Shown: in pieces, positions 19,788-28,393 of the stretch
Layout: each line of letters opens with the position of its first letter
Position numbering within the stretch: the first letter of the stretch is position 1
Assembly (NCBI GenBank): GCA_965219995.1
Contig: CBDCOX010000002.1
Location: 3,680,001 to 3,744,000, forward strand
Direction of reading: 5' to 3'
DNA: 64,000 nucleotides
Source of the DNA: Candidatus Latescibacterota bacterium
GTDB taxonomy: Bacteria; Latescibacterota; UBA2968; GCA-2709665
Notes under the pieces: generated by a model
Database searches by the model: none
What the model saw: the letters and a program-made list of their open reading frames with translations, nothing else
Told to the model about the DNA's origin: nothing
Made by a program: the position numbers and the translations under genes

Positions 19788-22745
19788 GTGCGCACGTTTC
19801 TATTTTGCTGGCTGGTGCTGGGATGCGGTTCTGTTCTTGCCCAGCCCGACGGCTATATCGAAGGGACGGTCAGAGGCGAAGGCGGCGAGACCCTTCCCGG
19901 CGCTTATATCGCTGTTCAGGGCGGCGATCTTCCGGAGGGAACCGTGGCGGCTGCCGGCGATGAGGGGCGGTTCCGAATCGCCGTTCCAGCGGGGAATTAC
20001 CGGATCGAAATCACATTCATCGGGTACAAGGCGGTGATACGTGACGATGTTGCCGTGCAATCGGAGCGGTCCACCGTGCTCGATGTGATCCTCAGGGAGC
20101 AAGTCATTCTCTTGGAGCAGAGTGTGGTTTCCGCTTCCCGCCGCCGGGAGAAGATCCTGGACGCTCCCGCCTCCGTCACGGTGGTCGAGACCGCCGATAT
20201 CCGCAACAACCCTTCGATGAACGTCGCCGACCACGTGAAGGATCTGCCGTCGGTTGACTTCGCGAAAACCGGACTGGCCAACAGCAGCATCGTGGTGCGC
20301 GGCTTCAACAGTGTATTTACCGGTACCCTGCTTATGATGACGGACAACCGGCTTGCCCGGGTGCCGTCCGTGCGGGTGAACGCCCCGAATTTCATTCCCA
20401 TTACCAGCGACGACGTGGAGCGCATCGAGGTGGTCCTGGGGCCGGGGTCGGCGCTGTACGGGCCCAACAGCGCCGACGGGGTCATGCACATCATTACCCA
20501 CTCTCCTTTTACGTCGCAGGGAACGAGCGCGCATTTCGGATACGGAGAGCGCAACCTTCGCCAGGCTTCGATTCGCCACGCAGGCAAGGTCGGAGACCGG
20601 GTGGGCTACAAGGTATCCGCCCGGTACTATACAGGGACGGAGTGGGATTACGTCGACCCGGAGGAGGTGCGAGCCAGGGAACGCAGGGACGAGGAAATCG
20701 CCGCGGGTCTGAACCTGCCGCCGCTTCCGACCCGCAATCCCGAAACCAATAATCTCGGTCTGGAAGCGCGTCTTGATTGGCGCCCGTCGGACAACTTCAC
20801 CGCCATCTTTTCTGCAGGGCACAACAAGGCCGACCTGGTGGGTCTGACTGGCGTGGGGGCCTCGCAGACGAGAGACTGGCAGTACAACTACGCCCAGTTG
20901 CGCGTGTTGTACGGCGACTGGTTTATCCAGGCCTTTCGAAACTGGACCGATTCGGGCGGCACCTTTCTGCTGCGCACCGGCGACCCCGTGGTCGACCTCT
21001 CCTCCCTCACGGTATTCCAGGCGCAACGTCTGTCGAAACTGGGCAAACGCCAGCGATTCACGTACGGCCTGGACGCATTGCTAACGCGGCCCGATACCGA
21101 AAAAACCGTTATGGGCAGAAACGAGGACGATGACGACCTGAACGAGTTCGGGGTGTACCTGCAGAGCGAAACCTCCCTTTCCAGGATGCTCGACCTCGTG
21201 CTTGCCCTGCGCTACGACTACCACAGCCGCCTGGCGGACCCGGAATTCTCGCCCCGCGCCGCGCTGGTCTTCAAGCCGGAGCCGACCCAGACGTGGCGCC
21301 TGACGTATAACCGTGCGTTCACCACGCCCACGTCGAACAATCTCTACCTCGATCTGCTGGCAACCCGGGACCCCTTCGGGTTCAGCGGTCTTTTCGGGCC
21401 GATGTTCACGTCGCGCGGCCTGGCGTTCGATCCGATCGACCTCTGGACCCAGGGAAACTACCAGGATGACGGTTACGGCTTCACGTTCCGGAGGGAAGGG
21501 GGCCGGCCGCTGTTCCGCTCTCCGTTTGCCCAGATGGCAGGCTTTCCCGCCGACGAGTATCTGCGTCTGGACGACCCGGTTTTTACCAACGTGATGTGGG
21601 GTATCGGCAGGGAGGTGGTGCTGGAGGAGTTGTTGCCCACCGTAAAGGAAATGGCCGTGGGCATCCTGATCGAACAGGGAATGGGCGCCGATGAAGCCCG
21701 TGCCTTCGCGAACGGACTGGCTGAGGCGTTTCCCGGTATCGTTCCGGAGCAATTGACCGGTCTTCGCAATATCATGGGCCGGTTGAATATCGCGTCGCCG
21801 CCGCTCGGCGAAGAGCCGGAAAATATCCTGCAGCCGTTCTTCTTTGTCGAGTCGGACGGCGCCACGCCGGTTACCGCCTATGACGTTCCGCGCATCCAGT
21901 CCGCGATTACGAGGACGATCGAGTTCGGCTACAAGGGCGTTCTGGCCAACAAACTCATCGTGGCCGCGGATCTGTATCAGTCCAGAATCGAGAATTACGT
22001 GGGCTCGGTCTCCGTGGAAACTCCCAACGTCTTTCTCGAACCGGAGAGTCTGGCCGAGGCGCTGAGTCGAGGATTCGAACAGACACTCTCCGATCCGTCC
22101 AACGCGGTGCTGGCCGCCGGACTTCAACTGATTGACAACGTGCAGGTGCCGGGACTCCTGGAGGGCAACCGGAACGGTTCGCCGGTGGACGAACTGACCG
22201 CCATCTTCGTGGCCGGGGCGGCGGCGATCCCATACGGAACGGTGTCGCCGGAGCAGGCGACCGATCCCTACGCGATGGTGCTGACCTACCGCAATTATGA
22301 AGAAATCACCATACGCGGGCTGGACCTGAGCATGGCCTACTATCCGACGGCGCAATGGCGGCTGACCGGCAACTATTCCTATGTGAGCGAGAATTTCTTC
22401 AAGAACCTTAAGTATACGAATGTCCCGGGGGTTGGCGATATCACGTTGAATTCGCCAAGGCACAAATTCAAACTGGGGGCGACGTACGACTTCTCCCGGT
22501 GGGGGCTGGCGGTTGGCGGCGCCTTGCGCTTCACCGATTCCTTCCCCATGCAGTCCGGGGTGTACGTGGGCGACGTGGACGCCTATACGGTGCTCGACCT
22601 GAAGCTGAGTTATAAGTTGCCCGTTGAACGGGATATGGTTTTCCACATCGACGGGAGCAATGTGCTGAATACGCGCTACCAGTCATTCATCGGGGCCCCG
22701 GAGGTGGGCCGCCTCGTATTCAGCCAGGTCAGCATGCGGTTTTAA
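19788..22745 (+). CDS. TonB-dependent receptor with N-terminal carboxypeptidase-regulatory-like domain
   Basis: Signal peptide; VVSASRRREK; plug ERIEVVLGPGSALYG; SPRAALVFKP; C-terminal Phe. Confidence 0.92.
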   Translation: MRTFLFCWLVLGCGSVLAQPDGYIEGTVRGEGGETLPGAYIAVQGGDLPEGTVAAAGDEGRFRIAVPAGNYRIEITFIGYKAVIRDDVAVQSERSTVLDVILREQVILLEQSVVSASRRREKILDAPASVTVVETADIRNNPSMNVADHVKDLPSVDFAKTGLANSSIVVRGFNSVFTGTLLMMTDNRLARVPSVRVNAPNFIPITSDDVERIEVVLGPGSALYGPNSADGVMHIITHSPFTSQGTSAHFGYGERNLRQASIRHAGKVGDRVGYKVSARYYTGTEWDYVDPEEVRARERRDEEIAAGLNLPPLPTRNPETNNLGLEARLDWRPSDNFTAIFSAGHNKADLVGLTGVGASQTRDWQYNYAQLRVLYGDWFIQAFRNWTDSGGTFLLRTGDPVVDLSSLTVFQAQRLSKLGKRQRFTYGLDALLTRPDTEKTVMGRNEDDDDLNEFGVYLQSETSLSRMLDLVLALRYDYHSRLADPEFSPRAALVFKPEPTQTWRLTYNRAFTTPTSNNLYLDLLATRDPFGFSGLFGPMFTSRGLAFDPIDLWTQGNYQDDGYGFTFRREGGRPLFRSPFAQMAGFPADEYLRLDDPVFTNVMWGIGREVVLEELLPTVKEMAVGILIEQGMGADEARAFANGLAEAFPGIVPEQLTGLRNIMGRLNIASPPLGEEPENILQPFFFVESDGATPVTAYDVPRIQSAITRTIEFGYKGVLANKLIVAADLYQSRIENYVGSVSVETPNVFLEPESLAEALSRGFEQTLSDPSNAVLAAGLQLIDNVQVPGLLEGNRNGSPVDELTAIFVAGAAAIPYGTVSPEQATDPYAMVLTYRNYEEITIRGLDLSMAYYPTAQWRLTGNYSYVSENFFKNLKYTNVPGVGDITLNSPRHKFKLGATYDFSRWGLAVGGALRFTDSFPMQSGVYVGDVDAYTVLDLKLSYKLPVERDMVFHIDGSNVLNTRYQSFIGAPEVGRLVFSQVSMRF

Positions 22746-22984
22746 CCATGATTCGTATGGTTTCGAGGACGTTAAATCGAATATATGCAAATTGATAAAG
22801 GCGATTAAACTGCGGATTACCACGATACACCAGGTCACCGAACGTGAACGGAAGTATCATCCTTATGGACGACCTTGATACTCCGTTTGGCACCGGTCTG
22901 TTCTGTGTCTCTTGTGCTTTTTGTGGCCAATTTGACTGTTGTCTTTTTTGAATCGAGGTCAATCGCGTGCAATGGAAGGTAAGT

Positions 22985-23018
22985 GAGGGGGTGCGGCGAC
23001 TGCCGCACCCCCTCTTTT
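22985..23018 (+). terminator. intrinsic terminator-like hairpin
   Basis: 13-bp perfect stem GAGGGGGTGCGGC/GCCGCACCCCCTC plus TTTT. Confidence 0.7.
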
Positions 23019-23039
23019 GCGAGGCAGAGGTCTGATAAT

Positions 23040-24038
23040 ATGTCTGGCAACAGGACATCAGCGGAGAATTCGAAAGAGACGCATGACGGTGGGGCGTCCG
23101 TCCGCGATATGACGGCGGCGCTTGATCGCGCCAAGGGGGCGCTGATCGGTCTCGCTTTGGGGGACGCGCTCGGCACGACGCTGGAATTTGCCGGCAGGGA
23201 TACAAGGCCGCAGGTTATCGAACTGGTGGGCGGGGGCCCGTTCGACCTGGCGCCGGGTGAGTGGACCGACGACACGAGCATGGCCCTCTGTCTCGCGGAA
23301 TCGCTTCTTGAACGGGGCCGGCTGGACGTTCACGATCTGATGAATCGGTTCCTCCGGTGGTATAAGGAGGGACATAACTCGGTCACCGGCATGTGTTTCG
23401 ACATCGGTGTGACCACGGAACGGGCGTTCCGGACTTTCAGCGAATCCGGGGAGCCGTTGAGCGGCAGCATCGATCCGCGCAGCGCCGGGAACGGATCTCT
23501 GATGCGGCTCTCGCCGGTGGCGATCCGATGGTGGCGCGACCGGGCGGAGGCGACGGCGGCCGCGCGTTTGCAGAGCCGCACCACGCACGGCGCCGCGCAG
23601 GCGGTGGAGGCGTGCGCGTTCTATGCCGAACTGCTGGTCGAGGCGATCGCAGGAGCGCCGAAGGAGACCGTCCTGCGCGCCAGAGAGTGGAGCGGCGACG
23701 CTCAGATCGCCGGGGTGGCCGCGGGGTCGTGGCGCGCAAAGGAACGCGACGCGATTTCCTCGTCCGGTTACGTATTGCACACGCTCGAAGCGGCCCTGTG
23801 GTGCGTCGATAGATCGGAATCCATTGAGAACGCCCTGATTCTGGCTGCCAATCTCGCCGATGACGCCGACACCGTGGCCGCCGTCACCGGTCAACTCGCC
23901 GGCGCGCTTTGGGGCATGTTGGGCGCTCCCGCCGGGTGGCTCGAGAAACTGGCGTGGCGCGGGCGCCTGGAAGCGCTCGCCACCGGCCTGTTCGAGACCG
24001 CCAACAGCGAGCGGGCCGACTGGAATGCCACCACCTAA
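23040..24038 (+). CDS. ADP-ribosylglycohydrolase (DraG/ARH family)
   Basis: GLALGDALG, WTDDTSM, GNGSLMR, DADTVAAV; start may be 23109. Confidence 0.9.
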   Translation: MSGNRTSAENSKETHDGGASVRDMTAALDRAKGALIGLALGDALGTTLEFAGRDTRPQVIELVGGGPFDLAPGEWTDDTSMALCLAESLLERGRLDVHDLMNRFLRWYKEGHNSVTGMCFDIGVTTERAFRTFSESGEPLSGSIDPRSAGNGSLMRLSPVAIRWWRDRAEATAAARLQSRTTHGAAQAVEACAFYAELLVEAIAGAPKETVLRAREWSGDAQIAGVAAGSWRAKERDAISSSGYVLHTLEAALWCVDRSESIENALILAANLADDADTVAAVTGQLAGALWGMLGAPAGWLEKLAWRGRLEALATGLFETANSERADWNATT

Positions 24039-24874
24039 CCCGTTAGACTTCCGTACCCCAGTCCCACGGCTTTTTTCACCGCCTCCAGCGTCCGCTGGCC
24101 CTCGATCCTCGCTTCCGACCCCCCCAGATGCAGGACGTCTCCGACCCGAGTTCGCGTACCTTCCAGCTGCGCCGCTGCGATCCGAAACGGCTCCTGCTCG
24201 GCATCCTTCCGCGCCGCCTGCGCCTCCCCATTTTTCGTCGTCCCAACCTGCTCTTCGGCATCCGCAAACCCAACCGCAATTGAGTCACCCACGCGCATTC
24301 CGGTATTTCCGCAGGGACCATTCATCCTTACGCTCTGCTGGTACCCGGGCAGAGGAAAGACGGTCCCGAATTTGCGATTGAATCGACGCGCTACTTCCCG
24401 GCACAGATTCGAGCGCATCCGCTGACCGGGGCCTGCAGCAACAATCGAAGGCCGGAATAGCAGCACGTCCGCCGGCTGAAATACCGTAGAACCGGCAGAC
24501 CCGAGTTCTGGCGACCGCCTCGCTGCATCCCGCTCCCGTTTCGCCTCCGGACCGTCCATCGGGGCGGGCAGCGTAATTGCATGATCGAGAATCATCGCCA
24601 ACTCCCCGAGTTGCGGAACCTGCGACTGCAGAAAGCAGACGCTTCGCTCCGGATCGAACCCGGAGGCCAGAAGATTCGTGACAAGCTTGCGAATGTTGAG
24701 TTCGATCCCGCGTGGATGTTCCCGATCCCTGCGCAATGCATCGAAGTCGGCGATCATGAAAAAACACCTTGCATCCGCCTGCCGGTCAAGCAGGTGTTTC
24801 AGGAACCCGATCAAGTGTCCCAGGTTCATTCGTTCCGTTGGCCGGACACCGGCCAGGACAATCGGACGTTTCAT
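24035..24874 (-). CDS. degenerate tryptophanyl-tRNA synthetase paralogue (lacks KMSKS and anticodon domain)
   Basis: GVRPTERMNLGH, FMIADFDAL, FLQSQVP, QPADVL, REVARRFN and C-terminal TLEAVKKAVGL follow TrpRS; frame open for 279 aa; GGGAG RBS. Confidence 0.8.
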   Translation of the reverse strand: MKRPIVLAGVRPTERMNLGHLIGFLKHLLDRQADARCFFMIADFDALRRDREHPRGIELNIRKLVTNLLASGFDPERSVCFLQSQVPQLGELAMILDHAITLPAPMDGPEAKRERDAARRSPELGSAGSTVFQPADVLLFRPSIVAAGPGQRMRSNLCREVARRFNRKFGTVFPLPGYQQSVRMNGPCGNTGMRVGDSIAVGFADAEEQVGTTKNGEAQAARKDAEQEPFRIAAAQLEGTRTRVGDVLHLGGSEARIEGQRTLEAVKKAVGLGYGSLTG

Positions 24875-24961
24875 TCTGAATACTCCCTATTTTCAAATGT
24901 CTCTTATTTGAACGACGGACCGGCGCCCGGGCGCCGCGTTGGGATGTGCGTTTAGCCATAC

Positions 24962-24998
24962 AAGAAAAGCCGCGATCCACCTTCAGGTGAACCGCGGC
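24962..24998 (-). terminator. attenuator terminator upstream of the TrpRS paralogue
   Basis: GCCGCGGTTCACC-TGAA-GGTGGATCGCGGC-TTTTCTT: 13-bp stem with two G-U pairs. Confidence 0.8.
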
Positions 24999-25120
24999 CA
25001 TCGCCACTCCTTCACGCACGGATCATCCGGTGGCGGACGCACGGCTCCCGTTGCCCCGAGCCACCAGCGGTGAAGGGAAATCGCCGCGTTACCAGACAGA
25101 ATGCCCGAATGTTGTGTCAT
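24983..25120 (-). CDS. putative Trp leader peptide 2 (45 aa)
   Basis: MTQHSGILSGNAAISLHRWWLGATGAVRPPPDDPCVKEWRWPRFT*; four Trp codons; starts 8 nt after the trpS stop with GAGG. Confidence 0.65.
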   Translation of the reverse strand: MTQHSGILSGNAAISLHRWWLGATGAVRPPPDDPCVKEWRWPRFT

Positions 25121-25128
25121 GGATAGCC

Positions 25129-26205
25129 TCACGATCCCGAGTCCCTCTGTTCGTCCCTGCGCATCCGGTCCCGGGCTTTCCGGGAGATCCGGTTCCAGAC
25201 GCCCGTGAGCCCCATCGCCTTCTTCATTGCCTTCAGCGTTTCATCGGCCACGACCTGGACGCGCTGCGTGCCTTCGTACAACACCTTTTCCACGTACCCG
25301 GAATCCGCTTCGTATCGCGCCCGGCGCTCACGGATTGGGTCCAGAAAACTGTTCAGCGCCCGGGTCAGCTTGTCCTTCACCTCCACGTCGCCGACCGTCC
25401 CGGCGCGGTACCGTGTCTTCAGATTCTCCACCTCATCCCGATCCGGGTTGAACGCGTCGTGGTAGATAAAGACCGGATTCCCTTCCACCTTGCCGGGGAT
25501 ATCCGCACGCACGCGGTTGGGATCGGTAAACATCCCGCGCACCTTCTTCTTCACCGTCTGCGCATCGTCAGACAGAAAGATCGCATTGTCCAGGCTCTTG
25601 CTCATCTTCGCCTGGCCGTCCGTACCCACCAGAACCGGGACCTCGCCGATCAGGGCGTCCGGAATGGGGAAGACCTCCCCGTAATAGCTGTTGAACCGCC
25701 GGGCGATCTCCCGGGTCACCTCGACGTGCGCCAGGTTGTCTTTTCCCACGGGAACCAGGTGCGCCCTTGGAGTCAATATGTCCGCCGCCTGCAGAATAGG
25801 ATATCCGACGAGTCCGAACGGGATCGCCTCTTCGTCCAGCCTGGCGGCGCGCGCCATATCCTTGATGCTGGGCAGCCGGGCGACTCTCGGCAGCGTCACC
25901 AGCATCTCGAAGAAGAGATCCATCTCGTAGACGGCGTGGATGGCCGACTGCAGATAAATGGTCGATCTGGACGGATCGATGCCCACGGCCAGGTAATCCA
26001 GCAGCATCTCCCGCACGTTCTCCCGAAGGGCATGGATGTGTTCCTTCTGCGGCCGGGTGGTGAGCATATGCAGGTCCGCCACGAGAAAATAACATTCGTA
26101 TTCGTCCTGCAGCCGGACCCGGTTTTTCAAGGAGCCCACGTAATGCCCCAGGTGCATCCGCCCCGTGGGACGGTCTCCCGTCAGAATCCGTTTCCGATTG
26201 TTCAT
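25129..26205 (-). CDS. trpS: tryptophanyl-tRNA synthetase (TrpRS II-like)
   Basis: [30 protein letters not shown]; GGAGG RBS. Confidence 0.96.
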   Translation of the reverse strand: MNNRKRILTGDRPTGRMHLGHYVGSLKNRVRLQDEYECYFLVADLHMLTTRPQKEHIHALRENVREMLLDYLAVGIDPSRSTIYLQSAIHAVYEMDLFFEMLVTLPRVARLPSIKDMARAARLDEEAIPFGLVGYPILQAADILTPRAHLVPVGKDNLAHVEVTREIARRFNSYYGEVFPIPDALIGEVPVLVGTDGQAKMSKSLDNAIFLSDDAQTVKKKVRGMFTDPNRVRADIPGKVEGNPVFIYHDAFNPDRDEVENLKTRYRAGTVGDVEVKDKLTRALNSFLDPIRERRARYEADSGYVEKVLYEGTQRVQVVADETLKAMKKAMGLTGVWNRISRKARDRMRRDEQRDSGS

Positions 26206-26217
26206 CGCGTTTTCCTC

Positions 26218-26252
26218 CAAAACAAAAATCCCCGCCGTGGACCGGCAGGGAC
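26218..26252 (-). terminator. attenuator terminator upstream of trpS
   Basis: TCCCTGCCG-GTCCA-CGGCGGGGA-TTTTTGTTTT. Confidence 0.85.
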
Positions 26253-26280
26253 GTTGACTTATCCAGATTGAATCTCAAGT

Positions 26281-26358
26281 TCAGCACGCAGTCAGCCGGC
26301 CGGTACGATTGAAGTCGTGCCACCACCAGCATCCGCTATGTATTCCGCGCGCCGTCAT
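26281..26358 (-). CDS. trpL: Trp leader peptide 1 (25 aa)
   Basis: MTARGIHSGCWWWHDFNRTGRLTAC*; AAGGAAGAGG RBS; ACCGGC can pair with GCCGGT of the terminator. Confidence 0.85.
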   Translation of the reverse strand: MTARGIHSGCWWWHDFNRTGRLTAC

Positions 26359-26483
26359 CGCCTCTTCCTTTCAAACCGAACAGTGAATGACCGGTCAACG
26401 ATATCGAATTCCGGATGCCCTGTCAAGCGAATTCTGTTTTTTGCGGTTTTTCCACACCCGCTGCGCCCGATCTTGGATAAATT

Positions 26484-26595
26484 ACAGACATGGACAAACA
26501 TGGATACACAGGATGAACAGGATAAAAACAAAAAAGCACGAGAAAACGAGAAAACGAGGAAAACCGAAAAGCGCGAGAAAACGAGAAAACGAGTA
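26484..26595. repeat. imperfect 8-9-nt tandem repeats (CATGGA/CAGGAT and ACGAGAAA units)
   Basis: cagacatggacaaacatggatacacaggatgaacaggat ... acgagaaaacgagaaaacgagg. Confidence 0.7.
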
Positions 26596-26776
26596 ACGGC
26601 CGTGAAAAGATTCCCCATAGACCGCGCGTCGTCATTCCGGCCACCCTGAACCCGCAACATTTCGGTGACCAACCCAATTCCGGACTCTTCAAGGATTTCG
26701 TTATATGCGCTGCTAATGTTATTCAAAATCAACCGATTATACAACAAACAAACCCGTTTTCAGTGAATAATTCGGG

Positions 26777-27769
26777 CTATGTTCCATCCCTCAACAGTTG
26801 CGCCATATCGACTGCAAAGTAAGTCAGGATCATATCGGCGCCCGCCCGTTTGATGGACGTCAGGGTCTCCACCATGGCACGCTCCTTTTCCACCCAGCCG
26901 CGCTGTGCGGCCGCCAGGACCATCCCGTATTCGCCGGATACGTTGTACGCCGCAATCGGCGCGTCGAAGGTCTCCTTCGCCCTGGCGATGACGTCGAGGT
27001 AGGGGAGGGCGGGTTTCACCATCACCACGTCGGCCCCTTCCTCGATATCCAGCGAGATTTCCCTCATCGCTTCCCGGATATTGGCGGGATCCATCTGGTA
27101 GGTCTTCTTGTCCTCCGGCACACCGGGCTCCTTCACTGGCGCGGACTTTAGCGCGCCACGGAACGGACCGTAGAAGCAGGACGCATATTTGGCGGAATAG
27201 GCCATGATCCCCACGTTGCTGAATCCCTGGTCGTCCAGCGCCACCCGGATGGCGCCCACCCGGCCGTCCATCATGTCCGACGGCGTGACCCAGTCCACGC
27301 CCGCCTCGGCGTGAGACAGCGCCATCCGGCACAACACCCCGACACTCTCGTCGTTGGCGATCTCACCGTCGATCAGCAGGCCGTCGTGTCCGTGCGTGGT
27401 ATAGGGGTCCAGCGCCACGTCGGTCTGCACGCAGAGGTCGGGAAGCGCCGCCTTCAGCGCCCGGACCGCCAGCTGGATCAGGCCGTCCGAGTCGTACGCC
27501 ATTGAGGCGCGTTCGTCCTTCACCTCCGAGTAACCGAACAGGTTCACGCCGCAGATCCCGAGACCGGACACTGTCTCGCATTCCCGCACGAGTTCGTCGA
27601 CCGAAAACCGGAACTGCCCGGGCATCGAGTCGATGGGTTCGCGCACATTGACGCCTTCCGTTACGAACATGGGATAGATCAGGTCCCCCACGTTCAATAC
27701 GGTTTCCCGGACGAGCGTCCGAACGGGTTCCGTGCGCCGCAGCCGCCGGGGCCGGTAGGTCAGTTCCAT
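26777..27769 (-). CDS. hemB: porphobilinogen synthase (Asp-rich, non-Zn metal site)
   Basis: RPRRLR, DVALDPYTTHGHDG, PSDMMDGRV, YGPFR, VMVKPA, AYNVSGEY. Confidence 0.97.
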   Translation of the reverse strand: MELTYRPRRLRRTEPVRTLVRETVLNVGDLIYPMFVTEGVNVREPIDSMPGQFRFSVDELVRECETVSGLGICGVNLFGYSEVKDERASMAYDSDGLIQLAVRALKAALPDLCVQTDVALDPYTTHGHDGLLIDGEIANDESVGVLCRMALSHAEAGVDWVTPSDMMDGRVGAIRVALDDQGFSNVGIMAYSAKYASCFYGPFRGALKSAPVKEPGVPEDKKTYQMDPANIREAMREISLDIEEGADVVMVKPALPYLDVIARAKETFDAPIAAYNVSGEYGMVLAAAQRGWVEKERAMVETLTSIKRAGADMILTYFAVDMAQLLRDGT

Positions 27770-27797
27770 ATAACCTCTTCGATAAAAAAACCAAACT

Positions 27798-27905
27798 CAC
27801 ATGGATAGTCAGGATGGGCAGGATAAAAGCCAAAACGGGATCAGGATTTACAGGATTGGAAACCAGGATCAGAACCAGGTGCAGGAGAAAGCAAAGGGCA
27901 GGGCA
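27798..27905. repeat. imperfect CAGGAT-containing tandem repeats
   Basis: catggatagtcaggatgggcaggat...caggatttacaggatt...caggatc. Confidence 0.6.
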
Positions 27906-28345
27906 AAAACTCAATTTTCCGGGTCAAAGCGCCAGATCGTGCCATATCACCATGACCCATCAGATTCCGAATTTCATTAAATGCTGTCGCGGGCGGCCCG
28001 GGCCGATCATCCGATCGAATGCGGCGCGGGGTGGCGATACACTCGCAGTCAGAATGTACCATCCCTGAACCGGTTGTCAACCCCTTCGTTTTTTCGGGAA
28101 GCGGCAAAAAGGTGCCGAAACGCGGGCGCTTCGACAAGCTCAGCGTCCACGTTCGTGCAAGCCCCTTTCCAACTTAGCAGGAGTTTAAGCCGTTGACCAT
28201 TTACTGCTCCAGGAAATAACGCCGTCACCCATACGAAATTGACCTTTTCACTGGCTTGGGTTCGGGGTAAATTTAACACGAGGCGATGGAAGGAGACGCA
28301 GCACTTCGCCCGTCTGAATTCCGGAAGAAGGACTATGAGAACGGC

Positions 28346-28369
28346 GGCAGACAGGAATGTCCGCCCCAC
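28346..28369 (-). repeat. REP-like palindrome (GTGG type)
   Basis: Minus strand GTGGGGCGGACATTCCTGTCTGCC. Confidence 0.6.
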
Positions 28370-28393
28370 CTTCAGATGTAATGGGAGAGATGC

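Noticed and set aside
26206-26420. T-box riboswitch upstream of trpS
   Set aside because: No T-box consensus with specifier stem recognised; the TGGTGGTGG is explained by the in-frame Trp codons of the leader
26317-26747. Lys/Arg-rich or Phe-rich ORFs between trpS and hemB
   Set aside because: They are translations of the 8-9-nt tandem repeats
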